Assembly: GCA_964016885.1 (NCBI GenBank)
Contig: OZ024740.1
Coordinates: forward strand, 419,802,001-419,866,000
Length of the DNA stretch: 64,000 bases
Direction: 5' to 3'
Source of the DNA: Eledone cirrhosa
Taxonomy: Eukaryota
The notes under the pieces were generated by a model. The model searched no databases. It was not told the origin of the DNA and saw only the letters and a list, made by a program, of their open reading frames with translations. Positions 37,461-50,973 of the stretch are shown piece by piece (positions within the stretch are counted from its first letter, which is position 1; the number at the start of each line of letters is the position of its first letter). Made by a program: the position numbers and the translations under genes.

Positions 37461-38572
37461 GTTTAAAATGTCACCAAAGCCATTATTAATTTAAGTATTT
37501 CCAAGATGAAGCAATATGTTAAAACTAAATATGAATATATATAATATATATATTTCACAGTGTGAAAATATTCTTGTGTTCACCAATGTTCATATGAAGC
37601 AATTTTACTGTTTTCTTTTATGAAAATAAGTAGTAGTTATTTTCAGAGGCTAGAGTAAACGTTACGGCAGATTGTTAGCAGGGGACGGTATATATATATG
37701 TGTGTATATATATTATATATAGATGTGTGTGTGTATGTATATATAAATGAATGAAAGTATAGAAATTATTGTGTGCGTGAAGCCAACAGTATTTCATAAT
37801 ATATATGTGTGTATATATATATGTGTGTGTGTCGTTAGAACGTCGTATAGAATACTATGTGGTATACGTTCTAGCTTTCACCGCCCTGAGTTCAAATCCC
37901 GCCAAAGTCAACTTTGCCTTTCATCCTTTTGAGGTCGATAAATAAAGTACTAGTCCAGTACCATTGTTTATTCTGTCTCTCTATCTCTTTTTCACTTTTT
38001 TCTTTCTCGCTCTCTTTCTCTTCTCTGGAAAAAAAACTGGGTGTGTTCTGGGATGGGCTCCGCCAAGTTTAATGCTCCAGACACGCCCTACTCCATATAT
38101 ATATATATATTATATATATAATAAATGTAATCTGAGTTTTTCGAATATTAATGGGGGGGGGGGGGGGGCTAGCCACAATTAAAAAAGGTACTCAATACAT
38201 TGGTAGAATATAGGCATCTTTATAATATATACATATACATATATATATATAGAGAGAGAGAAATGACGTCGACAGGACTAGAACTGTTTCATTCATATGA
38301 AATCTTCAATATATATATATATACCCAGACCATTACCTCGCCCGTCACTACAACCCTCCTCCCTCCTCTCTTTTTTATTTTCTTTGTTCTTTTCTTTTCC
38401 TTTTGTGTTTTTTCTGATGAAGGACAAATGCCTGATACATTGACTATATAACTCTCTTTCTTTTAAGTGTGAAACTAATACAAATTTATGTTAATGTAAC
38501 CTCTGTCTTATTTCCTTGATATCTCTTTCTCTCATATATATATATATATAAAGCAATGAGTTATTTTATTAT

Positions 38573-38609
<37 letters not shown>

Positions 38610-39145
38610 ATTATTTGTTTATGTTCATACATGGAATAAATGCACTTCCCAAGGTTTCAAGGGGCAAATTCGGCCATACATAACTTCAGAATACAAGAGA
38701 CATCAAATTAGTGACCTTTCTTCAGACATTGCTACACACACACACGCATATATGTAGCAGAGTAGCAAACAAAATATTGTGTAGTATTGGGAGTCCAGGC
38801 TGCACAACGTGATAGAAGAAGCTGGCCATAAGCTGCACATGACACAACAAGAGAGACAGGGGGACATGGCAGCAAAGCTAGTGTATAACAATAGCAATAT
38901 AGGTGTATGTATATGTAGGTATACATGTATATATATATATATGTGTGTGTGTATATGTAGGTATACATGTATATATATATATATATGCGTGTGTGAGTGT
39001 GTATAGTCAATATATTGATTTATGATCCCTGATTTATCATGAACCCTCTGAAACAATCATAAATCAATGAAGTAAGAACCTCTCTTCACCTTTTGTTTTA
39101 TTATCATTGTTCAAATCACACAAACACACACATACACATAATTAT

Positions 39146-39180
<35 letters not shown>

Positions 39181-40064
39181 CCTATATATATATATATAGG
39201 CAATATTAATATATATCTATTGAGATATATATTGAGAGAGAGATCAGGATTGTACTAGTTAAACTAATAAGACCATAATTCAGCAGAGTACTTGATACTT
39301 GGGATAGAAGAGTGAACAAATATTAGCAAGTTGGGACTTGAAGGCTGAGCTCTTGCTGGAATTTGGTGTTGAAAGAGAAAGAGATCAGCCCTCGGGCCAC
39401 AACTCTCTCATATATATATGTGTGCACATGTGTTTATGTGTGTTTCCCAAGGCAGTGTAAACTCAATGATGAGAAACTTTTTTATCAGACTACTTCTGTC
39501 ACATATGGGGTGAGGGTCCTGCTGTGACTTACCTATACTGTGCCCACCCACCAGAGGGAAAATAGTGCCTATGACAAGCAGTGAATTTGTATGTCCCTGC
39601 CCACCACTGTATTTTTACCTATGGACCTAATAAGTGCTTCTGAACTCTGACAAAGAGACATCATACATCTGAAGAAGTTACTTCACTCTCCAACAATAAC
39701 TTACCTGACTTTAGTAGAAAGTGTTCCTCATCCAGGTGGTGCCATTGCACATGCTATGCTTTCTATACCCTAATTACACCTTTGCCACCCACTAGTTCCC
39801 TCCTAGGACCCACATAAACCATTATGCCCCCAGAAAGTAAATCCTTTGAAGTCCCTCACACCATCATTGGCCTGCAACAGTTTAAGCAGAACAATATGTA
39901 AACTAAACAACTAATTCTGTTTTTGTTTTTTTTAAATCAACAGAAACAACCTAGAAACATTACTGATTCCCCCACCCTGCTCCCTATTATTTGGACCCGA
40001 GAGTAGACAAAATAGATAAAAAGAAAGCCACTCTCTCTATATATAGTAGAGTAGGATAGAGCTC

Positions 40065-40262
40065 CCTCCTTGCCCACTTATTCCTGAGAGGGTTATGGGG
40101 GCAGAGTCCTGAAACACCCCTTCCAGCGGGTCCTGTCAGAAGCAACTGTCTCCAACTGATCCAGCTGGATCCCCAAGTGAGACCAGCCAAGCTCATGGAT
40201 ATTATCTAACCATATTGCTCAGGGTCTACCTCTGGGTCTCCTGTCAGTTGGTTTTGCCAGTA
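40065..40262 (-). mobile_element. 3' end of a divergent RTE-like LINE
   Basis: Encodes RRPRGRP..W-type C-terminus; second copy with (AAG)n tail at ~62420-62685. Confidence 0.6.
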
Positions 40263-41316
40263 GGACAGATAATATATTAAACACATTAGATGTAGGGTCT
40301 ACCTCTGGGTCTCCTGTCAGTTGGTTTTGCCAGTAGGACAGATAATATATTAAACACATTAGATGTAGGGTCTACCTCTGGGTCTCCTGTCAGTTGGTTT
40401 TGCCAGTAGGACAGATAATATATTAAACACATTAGATGTAGGGTCTACCTCTGGGTCTCCTGTCAGTTGGTTTTGCCAGTAGGACAGATAATATATTAAA
40501 CACATTAGATGTAGGGTCTACCCCTGGGTCTCCTGTCAGTTGGTTTTGCCAGTAGGACAGATAATATATTAAACACATTAGATGTAGGGTCTACCTCTGG
40601 GTCTCCTGTCAGTTGGTTTTGCCAGTAGGACAGATAATATATTAAACACATTAGATGTAGGGTCTACCCCTGGGTCTCCTGTCAGTTGGTTTTGCCAGTA
40701 GGACAGATAATATATTAAACACATTAGATGTAGGGTCTACCCCTGGGTCTCCTGTCAGTTGGTTTTGCCAGTAGGACAGATAATATATTAAACACATTAG
40801 ATGTAGGGTCTACCCCTGGGTCTCCTGTCAGTTGGTTTTGCCAGTAGGACAGATAATATATTAAACAATTTAGATGTAGGGCCTACCCCTGGGTCTCCTG
40901 TCAGTTGGTTTTGCCAGTAGGACAGATAATATATTAAACACATTAGATGTAGGGTCTACCCCTGGGTCTCCTGTCAGTTGGTTTTGCCAGTAGGACAGAT
41001 AATATATTAAACAATTTAGATGTAGGGCCTACCCCTGGGTCTCCTGTCAGTTGGTTTTGCCAGTAGGACAGATAATATATTAAACAATTTAGATGTAGGG
41101 CCTACCCCTGGGTCTCCTGTCAGTTGGTTTTGCCAGTAGGACAGATAATATATTAAACACATTAGATGTAGGGTCTACCTCTGGGTCTCCTGTCAGTTGG
41201 TTTTGCCAGTAGGACAGATAATATATTAAACACATTAGATGTAGGGCCTACCCCTGGGTCTCCTGTCAGTTGGTTTTGCCAGTAGGACAGATAATATATT
41301 AAACAATTTAGATGTT
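40221..41316. repeat. Minisatellite, 73-bp unit, ~15 copies
   Basis: agggtctacctctgggtctcctgtcagttggttttgccagtaggacagataatatattaaacacattagatgt. Confidence 0.95.
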
Positions 41317-41681
41317 ACCATTAAATCATAGTTTTCTTCAACAGTACAGAAATATCCAATGAAGAACTGCGGCAGTTAATGTTGGATCTTGTGAGATGGA
41401 AAGGTCTTTATTTATCATGCCACCCAACCCAAAGAACTGGAATGAATTTAGTAGTTTGTTGGTTAGGTTTAGTTTTCTTTAAGCAGGGTTAATACCAACA
41501 ACTGGTGTCGCTGATATATCCACAAGGGTTTTTATCATCAATGCAATCAGGACAAAGGTAGCTGAAGTAACAGGTGTAGCTGCTGCCGATACTTAATGGC
41601 TTTGTCAAGGTTTTGTGTGCCAGAGCACTGTTGCTTTATTAAAGGCCCCACCCTACTTTTATTGTATATATGTAATAAAAG

Positions 41682-41762
<81 letters not shown>

Positions 41763-42040
41763 GTGTGTATATGTGTGTATGATATATATATAGTGTAAAT
41801 ATTATATATATGTGTATGTGTTGATGTATATATATATATAGTGTATATTATATATATATATGTGTGTGTGTGTATATATATATATATAGTGTATACATTA
41901 TATATATGTGTATGTGTGGATGTATATATATATATATAAAGTCTATATTATATATATGTGTGTGTGTATATATATATATAGTGTATATTATATATATATG
42001 TGTGTGTGTATATATATATATAGTGTATATTATATATATA

Positions 42041-42079
<39 letters not shown>

Positions 42080-42218
42080 CATCATCATCATCATCGTTTA
42101 ACGTCCATCTTCCACGCTAGCATGGGCTAGACGGTTTTGTTCCATTATATATATATGTATATGTGTATCTATATAGTGTATTTAGTACAGTGTGGATATG
42201 TGTATGTATATATATATA

Positions 42219-42415
42219 TAGGAAAAAGTATGACCCCGACGGCAGAGCTCAAGCCGTTTCGACAGCTATTTCTGGACATTTTGAGTCCAGAAATAGTCGT
42301 CGAAACGGCTTGAGCTCTGCCGTCGGGGTCATACTTTTTTCCTATTTCCCACTCTACTACCCTAAGTATTGAGTACTCTGGTCCATCTGGTTCCTTACCA
42401 CAATTCCTTTGTTAT
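42219..42415. mobile_element. Hairpin element, same family as 14332-14887
   Basis: Near-identical arms and tail, flanked by (TA)n. Confidence 0.85.
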
Positions 42416-42458
42416 ATAATGTATATAGTGTTTATATTATATATATATATATATATAT

Positions 42459-44560
42459 GAGAAAGACAGTCTCCCCCATATCGACCCAATAGAGGGACCA
42501 GCAGTGTTAGTCGAGGGGAGTATAATAAGTAAGGCAATCAAGGATATGAAGACGGGTAAGGCGGCTGGGCCTTCGGAAATAGTTGCTGAGATGCTGAAGG
42601 CATCTGGCACGGTGGGACACACCATGGTCACCCGCATAGTTAACCAAGTCGTACAGAATGGGGTTGTTCCGAAGGACTGGCATAGCAGCATCATCGTTAA
42701 CTGTTATAAGGGTAAAGGAGACGCCCTAGATAGGAGTAACTATAGAGGCATTAAATTAATCGACCAGGTCATGAAGGTCACGGAAAAAGTAATAGCGCAA
42801 CTAATCAGAGAGAGAATTGACCTAGATCAAATGCAGTTCGGGTTTGTGTCAGGCAAAAGTACCACAGATGCTCTTTTCATAGTACGACAACTACAGGAGA
42901 AGTACCTAGCTAAAGGTAAACCCCTCTACTTAGCTTTTGTCGACTTGGAGAAAGCCTTCGACAGAGTCCCCCGCTCCATTATCTGGTGGGCTCTTAGAAA
43001 ACTAGGCGTTGACGAATGGCTTGTGAGGGCTATACAAGCCATGTATAAAGAAACAGTCAGCAAGGTTAGAATTAACAACGAATATAGTGAAGAGTTTAGC
43101 GTAAAAGTTGGCGTCCATCAGGGCTCTATTCTCAGCCCCCTACTATTTATTATTGCCCTTCAGGCTATAACAGAGGAGTTCAAGACAGGCTGCCCATGGG
43201 AACTCCTATACGCAGACGACCTGACACTCATAGCGGAATCAATGGCCGAGCTAGAGAAGAAATTCCAAACATGGAAGCACGGCCTAGAGTCAAAAGGACT
43301 TAAAATTAACCTGGCTAAGACCAAAGTTCTAGTTTGTAGGAAAGAAAACAAGGCGGCGATCCCTTCTGGGAAATGGTCGTGCTCAGTGTGTAGGAAAGGC
43401 GTAGGTAGAAACTCCATTTTATGTCCTAAATGCAAAGTATGGGTGCATAAAAGATGTAGTGGGATCACAGGTAAGCTAACTAAGAACATAGATTTTACAT
43501 GTGGCCGGTGTTCTGGTGCAATAAGTAGCAGCAAGTGCCCACAAAATACTAGCTCTTTCAATTGCGCAGAGGGTTCTATAGAAATAGTGGACAGCTTCCG
43601 TTACCTGGGCGATAAAATCAGCAGTGGGGGAGGGTGCTCTGAAAGTACTGTAGCTAGAGTCAGAACTGGTTGGAAAAAGTTCAGAGAGCTTATACCACTA
43701 TTAGCTGCTAAAGGGTTCTCCCTAAAAATGAAAGGCAGGTTGTATGATGCCTGCATACGAACAGCAATGCTGCATGGCAGTGAGACCTGGGCATTGTGTG
43801 CAGAGGATATACGCAGACTAGAGAGGAACGAAGCTTGCATGCTCCGCTGGATATGTAACAGTAATATACGTGAACGGCAAAGCATAAACGAACTAAGGAA
43901 AAAACTAGAGATAAGAGGGATCAGATGTTGTTTACTCGAGAGAAGGCTACGTTGGTATGGACACGTGATGCGCATGAAAGTCGATAGCTGTATAACAAAG
44001 TGCAGGGCAATAAAGATAGACGGTAGTCACGGAATAGGCAGACCTAGAAAAACCTGGGACGAGCTGATAAACTCCGACATCACACACTTACACCTCTCCA
44101 AGACAATGTCACTGGACCGAGACCTTTGGCGGTACTCAGTAACAGAGAAGACCCGCCTTACCTAAATATATAGTAAAACCTACTCCAGCCAGTAGGCATC
44201 TCTAACAAAATACACCCCGTCCCACCACCACCACCCCCACCCCATCCACACCACCCCGTTCTATGTAAAGTTATGTTGGTGCTGCGCCATCCAGGCCGAA
44301 ACAAATGAGATCGTGTAGGTGTCACGACAAAAAAACACACAGTCCACGCTGTAATGTGGCCGTGTAGGCAACACGGTAAAAACCTCCCAGACCCACACTG
44401 TAAATGTGGTTGGTGTTAGGAAGGGCATCCAACTGTAGAAAACCTGCCAGACAGTCCTATGCGAGCAAGACAATCACTCTTGCCTCAAGTGGGACTACCC
44501 CCGTCCAAACCCATGCAAGCGTGGAACACGGACGTTAAACGTTGATGATGATGATGATGA
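42459..44560 (+). mobile_element. Young 5'-truncated RTE LINE (open RT, PHD-like finger, C-terminus, 3' UTR)
   Basis: Uninterrupted ORF to 44165 with YADD; only about 7 amino-acid differences from the copy at 58319-61345 apart from the extreme C-terminus; starts in (TA)n and ends in (GAT)n. Confidence 0.97.
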
Positions 44561-44771
44561 TATGTGTGTGTATGTATATATATATAGTGTTTATATTATA
44601 TATATATATGTGTGTGTATGTATATATATATAGTGTATATATTATATATATATGTGTGCGTATGTATATATATATGTATATGTGTATATATATATATAGT
44701 GTATATATATATATGTGTGTGTGTGTATGTATATATATATGTATATATGTATATGTGTATATATGTAGTGT

Positions 44772-44960
44772 ATCATCATCATCGTTTAACATCTATCTTC
44801 CACGCTAGCATGGGTTGGACAGGTTTGTCCCACTTGAGGCAAGATTGGTTGGGTGACCGTGTCTCGCTTGTACATAACTGTATCAGGCAGGTTTTCTACG
44901 GCTGGATGCCCTTCCCAACACCAACCACATTTACAGTGTGGAGTGGGAGCTTTTTGTTGT
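44772..44960 (-). mobile_element. RTE/SINE 3' tail fragment
   Basis: (CAT)n cgtttaac..ccacgctagcatggg..ggatgcccttcc. Confidence 0.75.
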
Positions 44961-45055
44961 GTATATATATATATTATACATATATATATGTGTGTGTGTG
45001 TGGATATATATGTGTGTTTGTGTGTGTGTGCATATATATGTATGTGTGTATGTAC

Positions 45056-45089
<34 letters not shown>

Positions 45090-46675
45090 AGATAAATATG
45101 TGTATATATATATTATATTTATGTGTGTGTGCATATATATGTATGTGTATATATATATCTGTGTTTGTATGGATTAAATACTAGTTATACTGCTTTTTGA
45201 GGTCCTTACAAAGTAAGTTGTACATAATTTGTTTTAACCCTTTAGCATTCACATGACTCTATATATATTGTTGTATTTTCATGGTAACGGCTTTATCTCA
45301 CAATATCGAATCTATGAGATTTATTTTGAGAACAATACCTTAACATTAGTATGAGCAGCCAGTTACAGCCAGTTTAAACAGAAAGAGGTGAGAGAATTTC
45401 TGGCCGGATATGGCCGGTTTAAATGCTAAAAGGTTAAATGATATCAATATTTTTGTGAACTTTTGAAGGTGGTAAACTGGCAGAATTGGTAGAGCATCAG
45501 ATAAAATAGCATTGTGGTATTTATTCTGGCTCTTTACATTCTCAGTTCAAATTCCACACAGGTCAACTTTGTCTTTCATCCTACTGGGGTTAATAAAGTA
45601 CCAGTCAAGTACTAGGTTTGATTAAATCAACTTCGCCCTTCCCCCCAAATTTGCTAGTTAGTGTGTGACTGGGCTTTATTTTATCAACCCCTGTGGGATT
45701 TGAAATCGGAATGTAAAGGGCCGTAACTCTGTGCAGCAAAGCATGTTGTCTGATTCTACCACCCTAATAATAATTGTTTCTACTTTTGGTACAAGGCCAG
45801 CAATTACCCAGTACATTACTGGTACTTTATTTTATCGACCCCGTAAGGATGAAAGGCAAAGTTGACCTCAATGGGATTTGAACTCAGATCGTAAAGGGAC
45901 ATAACTATGCTGGAAAGCATGGCGTCTGACCTACTGATACTGCCAATTCACATAATAATGGTTTCTGATTTAGGGGGAAGAGAGTCGGCTACATCAACCC
46001 CAGTACATGTTTGGTACCTTATTTTCTTGACCCCAGAAGGATGAAAGGCAAAGCTAACCTTAGCAGGATTTGAAATCAGAATGTAAATGGCCGTAATTCT
46101 ATGCAGTGAAGCATGTCTGATGCTCTACCAATTCTGACAGTCCACTGTCTTTATATTAGAACCTTCTGTTTCTGATTTAGGCACAATGCCAACAATTTTG
46201 GGCACAGGGAGAGTCAAGATATTAGAACCTTGTGTTATTTCAAGGTTAAGTTGCTGTTAAAACTGCCTCTAGCATTATTAGGATGTCTTTTGATGTAGAA
46301 GAGCAAAACCAAATAATTCATTAATCTCAGAAGATTGACAAATTCAATCCCAGCAGAAGGTAATTGTTTGAAAGTAACCCTTTCATTACTGTGTTTCTAA
46401 TGAAAAATATTGCCTATACTAGTGAAAATAATCTAGAATTTGGAGGGATTTTATTGTATAGATAACGTTTTTCACGTTTCTGTGCTATTTGGAAGATAAA
46501 TTAACAAAGGTTCTGTTTTTCTTACTCCAAATTATGATGGAAGATTTTTTAGATAAATATAAATACTTTAAAATAAAGTTTCTAACATAGAACTGAGGGT
46601 GGTTTCATTTGGTTTGTTATCAAAAGGGTTAAATACAGCAAGGCATTAAGGTTGGCACTCTAGCATTTCTGTTAT

Positions 46676-46985
46676 CTCCTCCTCCTCCTCCTCATTATCA
46701 TCACCACCACCATCACAACCACTATCATCATTATCACCACCACCACTATAATGATGGTGGTGGTGATGGTGGTAATGATGGTGGTGGTGGTGGTGATGAT
46801 GGTAATAGTGGTGGTGATAATGATGGTGGTGGTGGTGATAATGATGGTGCTGGTGATGATGGTGATAGTGGTCGTGATAATGATGGTGGTGGTAATGATG
46901 GTGGTGGTGATGATGGTGATCATCACCACTATTACCACCACCATCATTACCACCACCACCACCACCACCACTATCACCACCACAG
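46676..46985. repeat. Three-block trinucleotide microsatellite with strand switches (CAY)n-(RTG)n-(CAY)n
   Basis: Direct reading. Confidence 0.9.
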
Positions 46986-47190
46986 TTACATTCCATATAA
47001 TACTTACCCTGTTCATGTCTATTGAGAAAACAGTTTTATTAAATCCTCTAATAAATTTATCACATTACGATAGCCATGGCAGCTGCTCTCTGAGATTTTA
47101 ATTTAAATGTTAATTAATATAATGATAACAGCTGATAACACTTGACATCAAAGATAACATGGTATTGAGTACATCATTACATGCCTTCTT

Positions 47191-48702
47191 TGTTGTGAGA
47201 TGTGTTGTGACTGTTGTGAGATGTCTTGTTACTGTTGTGAGATGTCTTGTTACTGTTGTGAGATGTGTTGTGACTGTTGTGAGATGTGTTGTGACTGTTG
47301 TGAGATGTCTTGTGACTGTTGTGAGATGTCTTGTGACTGTTGTGAGATGTCTTGTGACTGTTGTGAGATGTCTTGTGACTGTTGTGACTGTTGTGAGATG
47401 TCTTGTTACTCTTGTGAGATGTGTTTTACTGTTGTGAGATGTGTTGTGACTGTTGTGAGATGTCTTGTTACTGTTGTGAGATGTCTTGTGACTGTTGTGA
47501 GATGTCTTGTGACTGTTGTGAGATGTCTTGTGACTGTTGTGACTGTTGTGAGATGTCTTGTTACTCTTGTGAGATGTCTTGTTACTGTTGTGAGATGTGT
47601 TGTGACTGTTGTGAGATGTCTTGTTACTGTTGTGAGAAATCTTATTACTGTTGTGAGTTGTCTTGTTACTGTTGTGAGATGTCTTGTTACTGTTGTGAGA
47701 TGTCTTGTGACTGCTGTGAGATGTGTTGTGACTGTTGTGAGATGTCTTGTTACTCTTGTGAGATGTCTTGTTACTCTTGTGAGATGTCTTGTTACTCTTG
47801 TGAGATGTCTTGTGACTGTTGTGAGATGTGTTGTGACTGTTGTGAGATGTCTTGTTACTGTTGTGAGATGTCTTGTTACTGTTGTGAGATGTCTTGAGAC
47901 TGCTGTGAGATGTCTTGAGACTGCTGTGAGATGTCTTGTGACTTGTGAGATGTCTTGGTAGTGCTATGAGATGTCTTGATACTATTGTGAGATGTCTTGG
48001 TAGTGTTATGAGATGTCTTGGTACTATTGTGAGATGTGTTGTTACTGTTGTGAGATGCCTTGGTACTGTTGTGAGATGTCGTGTTACTGTTGTGAGATGC
48101 CTTGTTACTGTTGTGAGATGCCTTGGTACTGTTGTGAGATGCCTTGGTACTGTTGTGAGATATCTTGGTACTGTTGTGAGATGCCTTGTTACTGTGGTGA
48201 GATGTCTTGGTACTGTTGTGAGATGTCTTGTTACTGTTGTGAGATGTCTTGTTACTGTTGTGAGATGTGTTGTGAGATGTCTTGTGACTATTGTGAGATG
48301 TGTTGTGACTGTTTTGAGATGCCTTGTTACTGTTGTGAGATGCCTTGTTACTGTTGTGAGATGCCTTGGTACTGTTGTGAGATGCCTTGGTACTGTTGTG
48401 AGATATCTTGGTACTGTTGTGAGATGCCTTGTTACTGTGGTGAGATGTCTTGGTACTGTTGTGAGATGTCTTGTTACTCTTGTGAGATGTCTTGTTACTG
48501 TTGTGAGATGTCTTGGTACTGTTGTGAGATGTCTTGGTACTGTTGTGAGATGTCTTGTTACTGTTGTGAGATGTCTTGTTACTGTTGTGAGATGTCTTGG
48601 TACTGTTGTGAGATGTCTTGGTACTGTTGTGAGATGTCTTGGTACTGTTGTGAGATGTCTTGGTACTGTTGTGAGATGTCTTGTGACTGTTGTGAGATGT
48701 CT
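47191..48702. repeat. Minisatellite, 21-bp unit (TGTTGTGAGATGTCTTGTTAC), ~70 copies
   Basis: Direct reading; variant tggtac units dominate the right half. Confidence 0.95.
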
Positions 48703-48921
48703 CTGCCCATCATTTATATATATTTTAACTTACAGTTGGTTGCACACTGCAAATCATATGAAATGATATCATCTATGGTTGCTATGTGATAAATAGAAGT
48801 TACAGGTGATAACTGAACAGGAAGAAGTTATTGAAATTTAAACTAAAGATGTTTGAAATCCAGCTGTATTTTATCTCCATTGAATGAGAAATATTTAGTA
48901 TATTTATTGGTGGACATATCA

Positions 48922-49668
48922 GTGTGGTGTGGTGTGGTGTGGTGTGGTGTGGTGCAGTGTAGTGTGATATGGTATAGTGTGGTATGGTGTGGTGTGGGGT
49001 GGTATGGTATAGTGTGGTGTGGTGCGGTGTGGGGTGGTATAGTATGGTGTGATGTAGTGTGGTATGGTATGGTATAGTTGGTGTGGTTTGTTGTGGTGTG
49101 GTATGGCATGGTATGGTGTGATGTAGTGTAGTATGGTATGGTTGGTGTGGTGTGGTATGGCATGGTATGGTATGGTGTGATGTAGTGTGGTATGGTATGG
49201 TAGGTGTGGTGTGATGTAGTGTGGTATGGTATAGTGTGGTGTGGTATGGTGCAGTGTGGTGTGATGTAGTGTGGTATGGTGTGGTGTGGTATGGTTGGTG
49301 TGATGTGGCATGGGGTGGGTGAGGTGGTGCGGTGTGATGTGATGTGGTTGGTGTGGTGTGGCATGGGGTGGTGTGATGTGGTGAGGTGGTGTGAGTGGTG
49401 GCATGGTGTGGTGTGACGTGGTGTGGTATGGTGTTGTGGGGTGTGGTGCGGTATGGTGTGGCATGAGGTGGTGTGGTGTGGTATGGTATGGAGTCGTGCG
49501 GTATGGGGTGGTGTGGTGTGATGTGGTACGGTGTGGTGTGGTGTGGTGTGGCATGGGGTGATGTGGTGTGGTGTGGTGTAGTACGGTATGGTTGGTGTGG
49601 TGTGGTACGGTATGGTTGGTGTGGTGTAGTACGGTATGGTTGGTGCGGTGTGGTGTGGTGTGGCATGG
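48922..49668. repeat. Degenerate (GGTGT/GGTAT)n pentanucleotide repeat
   Basis: Direct reading. Confidence 0.9.
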
Positions 49669-50810
49669 CCCCGTAACTCCTGAGGGAGTCGTAGTGACAT
49701 ATGGCATTTCTTGGACTTTTTTAAAATCTGGCAGAGCTCATCTCTTCTCCAGGTCTGAATACAACAGATTTCTTCCAGAGAAGGAGAGAAAGTGTGAGTG
49801 AAATATAGAGGAAGAATCGACCCCAGTATTTGACTGGTACTTTTTTATTATCAACCTCAAATGGCTGAAAGGCAAAGTTAACTTTGGCAGGATTTGAACT
49901 GAGAGATCAGAGAGCCAGACCAAATACCACAAAGCATTCTATATGAAGTTCTAACAACTCTACCAATTTACTGCCTAGTTAGTTTAGTAGTAACATACAG
50001 CCATTTCATCTGATGAATTCAGATAAAATATGACTGAATTGATCACATCATTACAATCTATCCATTTCTTCTGATTTGATATTGGTTTCTGATTTAGGCA
50101 CAAGGTCAACAATCTTTTTTGGTGGGGTTGATTACATGGACTCCAGTACATGAGTGGTACTTTATTTTATTGACCCCAGATGGATGAAAGGCAAAGCTAA
50201 CCTTGGCAGGATTTGAACTCAGAACGTAAAGGGTTGGCTGTAATTCTATGCCACACAGCAAGTTGTCTGATGCTCTACCGACACTGCCAATCCACTGCTC
50301 TTATATTAGAACGCTCTGTTCTAATAATGGTTACTGATTTAGACAGAAGGCCTAGAATTCTGGGGGAAGGGAAAGTTGAAATATTAGAACCTTCTGTTCT
50401 AATATTTCAAGGTTAAATTACTGTAAAACTGCCTCTAACATTATTAGGAATTCTTTTGATGTATATCTACCATTCTCAGTTTATTGGTATTTAGTTAAGT
50501 ACTTTGTGATAACAACTTAACAGCTCCTTCTGTACAACTGTAAAACAATATTTTTTAAATTTGATAATTTAGAAGTGTAGTAAAGAAATGTTTTGGAAAT
50601 AGGATGTAGGTTTTGTTGCTATTGTATATCATGTAAATAAGGAACCTTCAGTTACAATATCTCTATTTGGTAACATTTTAATACTGAAAATGTATTATTT
50701 ACATTACTATAGTTAATTACATCTATGTGTCGATATATGTACAGATATATGTGCATATGTATACATAATGTTTGTATATGCATATTCTTATAGGTAGTTC
50801 ATTGCATACA

Positions 50811-50854
<44 letters not shown>

Positions 50855-50933
50855 CTAACCCATGCTAGCATGGAAAATGAACGTTAAAAAATGACACACA
50901 CACACATACACACATACTCCTTATAGTTAGTTC

Positions 50934-50973
<40 letters not shown>

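Noticed and set aside
36390-45177. Many YIYI/CVCV ORFs
   Set aside because: (TA)n/(TG)n microsatellite translations
47159-48789. Cys-rich CCEMSCY ORFs resembling metallothionein or keratin-associated proteins
   Set aside because: 21-bp tandem repeat with frame switches; open frames are a by-product of unit length
48800-49707. His/Thr/Pro-rich ORFs
   Set aside because: Pentanucleotide (ACACC)n low-complexity repeat
50003-50030. CTGATGA as a hammerhead core
   Set aside because: Simple short hairpin with no GAAA..NUH or stem I partner
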